A DNA stretch of 64,000 bases from a virus. Its lineage: Duplodnaviria; Caudoviricetes. Of this stretch, positions 62,590-64,000 are shown one piece after another. The DNA lies in the IMG/VR virus record IMGVR_UViG_3300031555_003108, positions 1 to 64,000 of that record; one strand, 5' to 3'. Both the position numbers and the translations under genes were made by a program. Each line of letters opens with the position of its first letter. Position 1 is the stretch's first letter. The notes beneath the pieces were generated by a model. The model was given only the letters and a program-made list of their open reading frames with translations, did not search any database and had not been told where the DNA came from.

Positions 62590-63676
62590 TAATCTCCTTT
62601 ACATCATCAACAATTTTCTTAAAGTTATTATAATATCCGCCATCGAGAATAACTACCTTATCCCAATTACCGGAAGCTTTGATATTATTACAAAGAATTT
62701 CAAAGAGCTCTCTTCTTTCTGTGTCACCGCTAAAAGCCATATAGCGAGTGTGATCATCTACAAATGTTCCGTGAGGGCAGAGTAGGTAAATCTTATCCCA
62801 ACGACATTTCTTAGTGATTGCATCAGCTGCAACAGCAATATCTTTAAACTCTTCTTCAGTAAGGTCGAGCTCAGGATCTTTGTGATAATATTCAGCATAC
62901 ATGCGAGTAGTCATGCTATCAGAGTCCGCAAAGAAGATTCCCTGATTACTCGGCGAGTTAATCAACTTCTTATTCATCTGATACTGTCCGTCGAGAAAAG
63001 CAAGGTAGTCAGCTCCGTCAAGTTCCCATTCTGAGATAGAGCTTTCTTTCATATAGTCTCGGGCATATTCGTGAGAATAAGGTGCATTGAAATATTTGCC
63101 GAGGTCTTTTACTAAAGTTGTCTTACCTTCACTCGCTGTACCGCAGATCAAGATGTTAGTGCTGAATACTCTTCTAAAAGGAAAAGTAATTTTATCCCAA
63201 TACTTAATGGGATTCTGTCTAATCATCGTTGCCGAAATAGGATTAAGTGTTCGGTCGAGCTTTACTACTCCATAGCCGAGGCTTTCAAGATGAGTTGCAT
63301 ACTCTTCTTCGCTCACATAAAATACAAGCCGACCAGCAGCAGTAGCAGATGCAAGAATTTCTTCAACTTTGGCCATGAACTTATCCCAGCCATTCGGATA
63401 AGCTTCAATGCCGAGTTCAGTTTCATCAATAGGGTAAACCGCCACAAGATCGTCGTCAGCAAAGAGTTCTCTCACATAGCGATAACGCAGCTTAAGAGGC
63501 ATAAGCTCTCCACCTCTGTCACCCTCTCTACCATCTACGAGAACTACACATCCTCCGTCGCATTCTTTCTTAGCTCTCATAATAACATCGAGATGTCCTT
63601 GATGAAGAGGTGCAAAGGTTCCGAAAACAACTCCGACCTTTTTTCCTTTCAATCGTTCCTGATAAGTATAAATCAT
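62567..63676 (-). CDS. nadR: NadR-like bifunctional NMN adenylyltransferase / ribosylnicotinamide kinase (no HTH)
   Basis: FGTFAPLHQGH, ISATMIR, P-loop GTASEGKTT, EYAR. Confidence 0.9.
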   Translation of the reverse strand: MIYTYQERLKGKKVGVVFGTFAPLHQGHLDVIMRAKKECDGGCVVLVDGREGDRGGELMPLKLRYRYVRELFADDDLVAVYPIDETELGIEAYPNGWDKFMAKVEEILASATAAGRLVFYVSEEEYATHLESLGYGVVKLDRTLNPISATMIRQNPIKYWDKITFPFRRVFSTNILICGTASEGKTTLVKDLGKYFNAPYSHEYARDYMKESSISEWELDGADYLAFLDGQYQMNKKLINSPSNQGIFFADSDSMTTRMYAEYYHKDPELDLTEEEFKDIAVAADAITKKCRWDKIYLLCPHGTFVDDHTRYMAFSGDTERRELFEILCNNIKASGNWDKVVILDGGYYNNFKKIVDDVKEIIENGKMA

Positions 63677-63705
63677 TTTATCCTCCGTAATTATTACTAT
63701 ATTTT

Positions 63706-63715
63706 ATAATACAGT
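63706..63715 (-). promoter_or_regulatory. Class C promoter core (YGTATWAT), representative of about 14 copies
   Basis: Same core near 968, 4101, 10321, 13843, 19064, 40498, 46145, 46851, 47466, 57762, 58290, 59357 and 61878, mostly just downstream of a terminator or gene end. Confidence 0.6.
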
Positions 63716-64000
63716 AATCAGCTGGCTAATTTTGTGAACTAAAAAAGAACAATATTAACATGTTTTGTTAACATTGTTCTTTATAATGTTTTAAAATATT
63801 TTATGAAGCTGTCTCTGCCTGTCTTAAAGCTACATTTTGTCTAAACAGATTATCTAAATCTTTTTTCATTTGTATATATCTGTTAGCTACATCTTCTATC
63901 GAGTCACACTCTTTAAAAATATCATCTACCATTGACATAAAATCGTATCTATCCATTTATTTTCTCCCGTCTAAATTAAAGAAATCTCAATTTTCTAAAT

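Noticed and set aside
1-64000. Stop-codon recoding, as seen in some gut jumbo phages
   Set aside because: Conserved genes (nrdD, ligases, dam, nadR) are full length under code 11 and coding density is high.

Overview
The window looks like a 64-kb segment of a large, AT-rich lytic phage, probably infecting a Firmicute (AGGAGG-type RBSs, sigmaA-type promoters). Every credible gene is on the minus strand, and most of the well over 100 ORFs are short hypothetical proteins from recurring paralog families. Recognisable genes are an Rnl1-type RNA ligase, Dam methylase, ATP-dependent DNA ligase, a sigma-like factor, NrdD/NrdG, a SNF2 helicase, a QueC-like enzyme, PnuC plus NadR, and four free-standing endonucleases. 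By eye, four promoter classes can be read: (A) TTTACA-N17-TATAAT; (B) TATAAT with fixed-distance TTHACA-N5-TTHACA boxes, with A and B confined to about 23-43 kb; (C) YGTATWAT; and (D) a 10-bp TGCTAAATTA motif. Class D precedes the endonuclease genes and a set of stand-alone proteins that share an F-x-[KR]-[LI]-Y-E-x-L peptide and L-x-E sites. The best candidate for a new system is this set of class-D cassettes, which may load processed cargo into the virion (a nuclease, a putative ADP-ribosyltransferase and polyproteins). Also present are a tRNA-like/Y-RNA-like non-coding RNA, two small RNAs (one with duplicated anti-Shine-Dalgarno motifs), RBS-occluding hairpins and a candidate origin. All calls come from reading motifs by eye; no database search or folding program was run.
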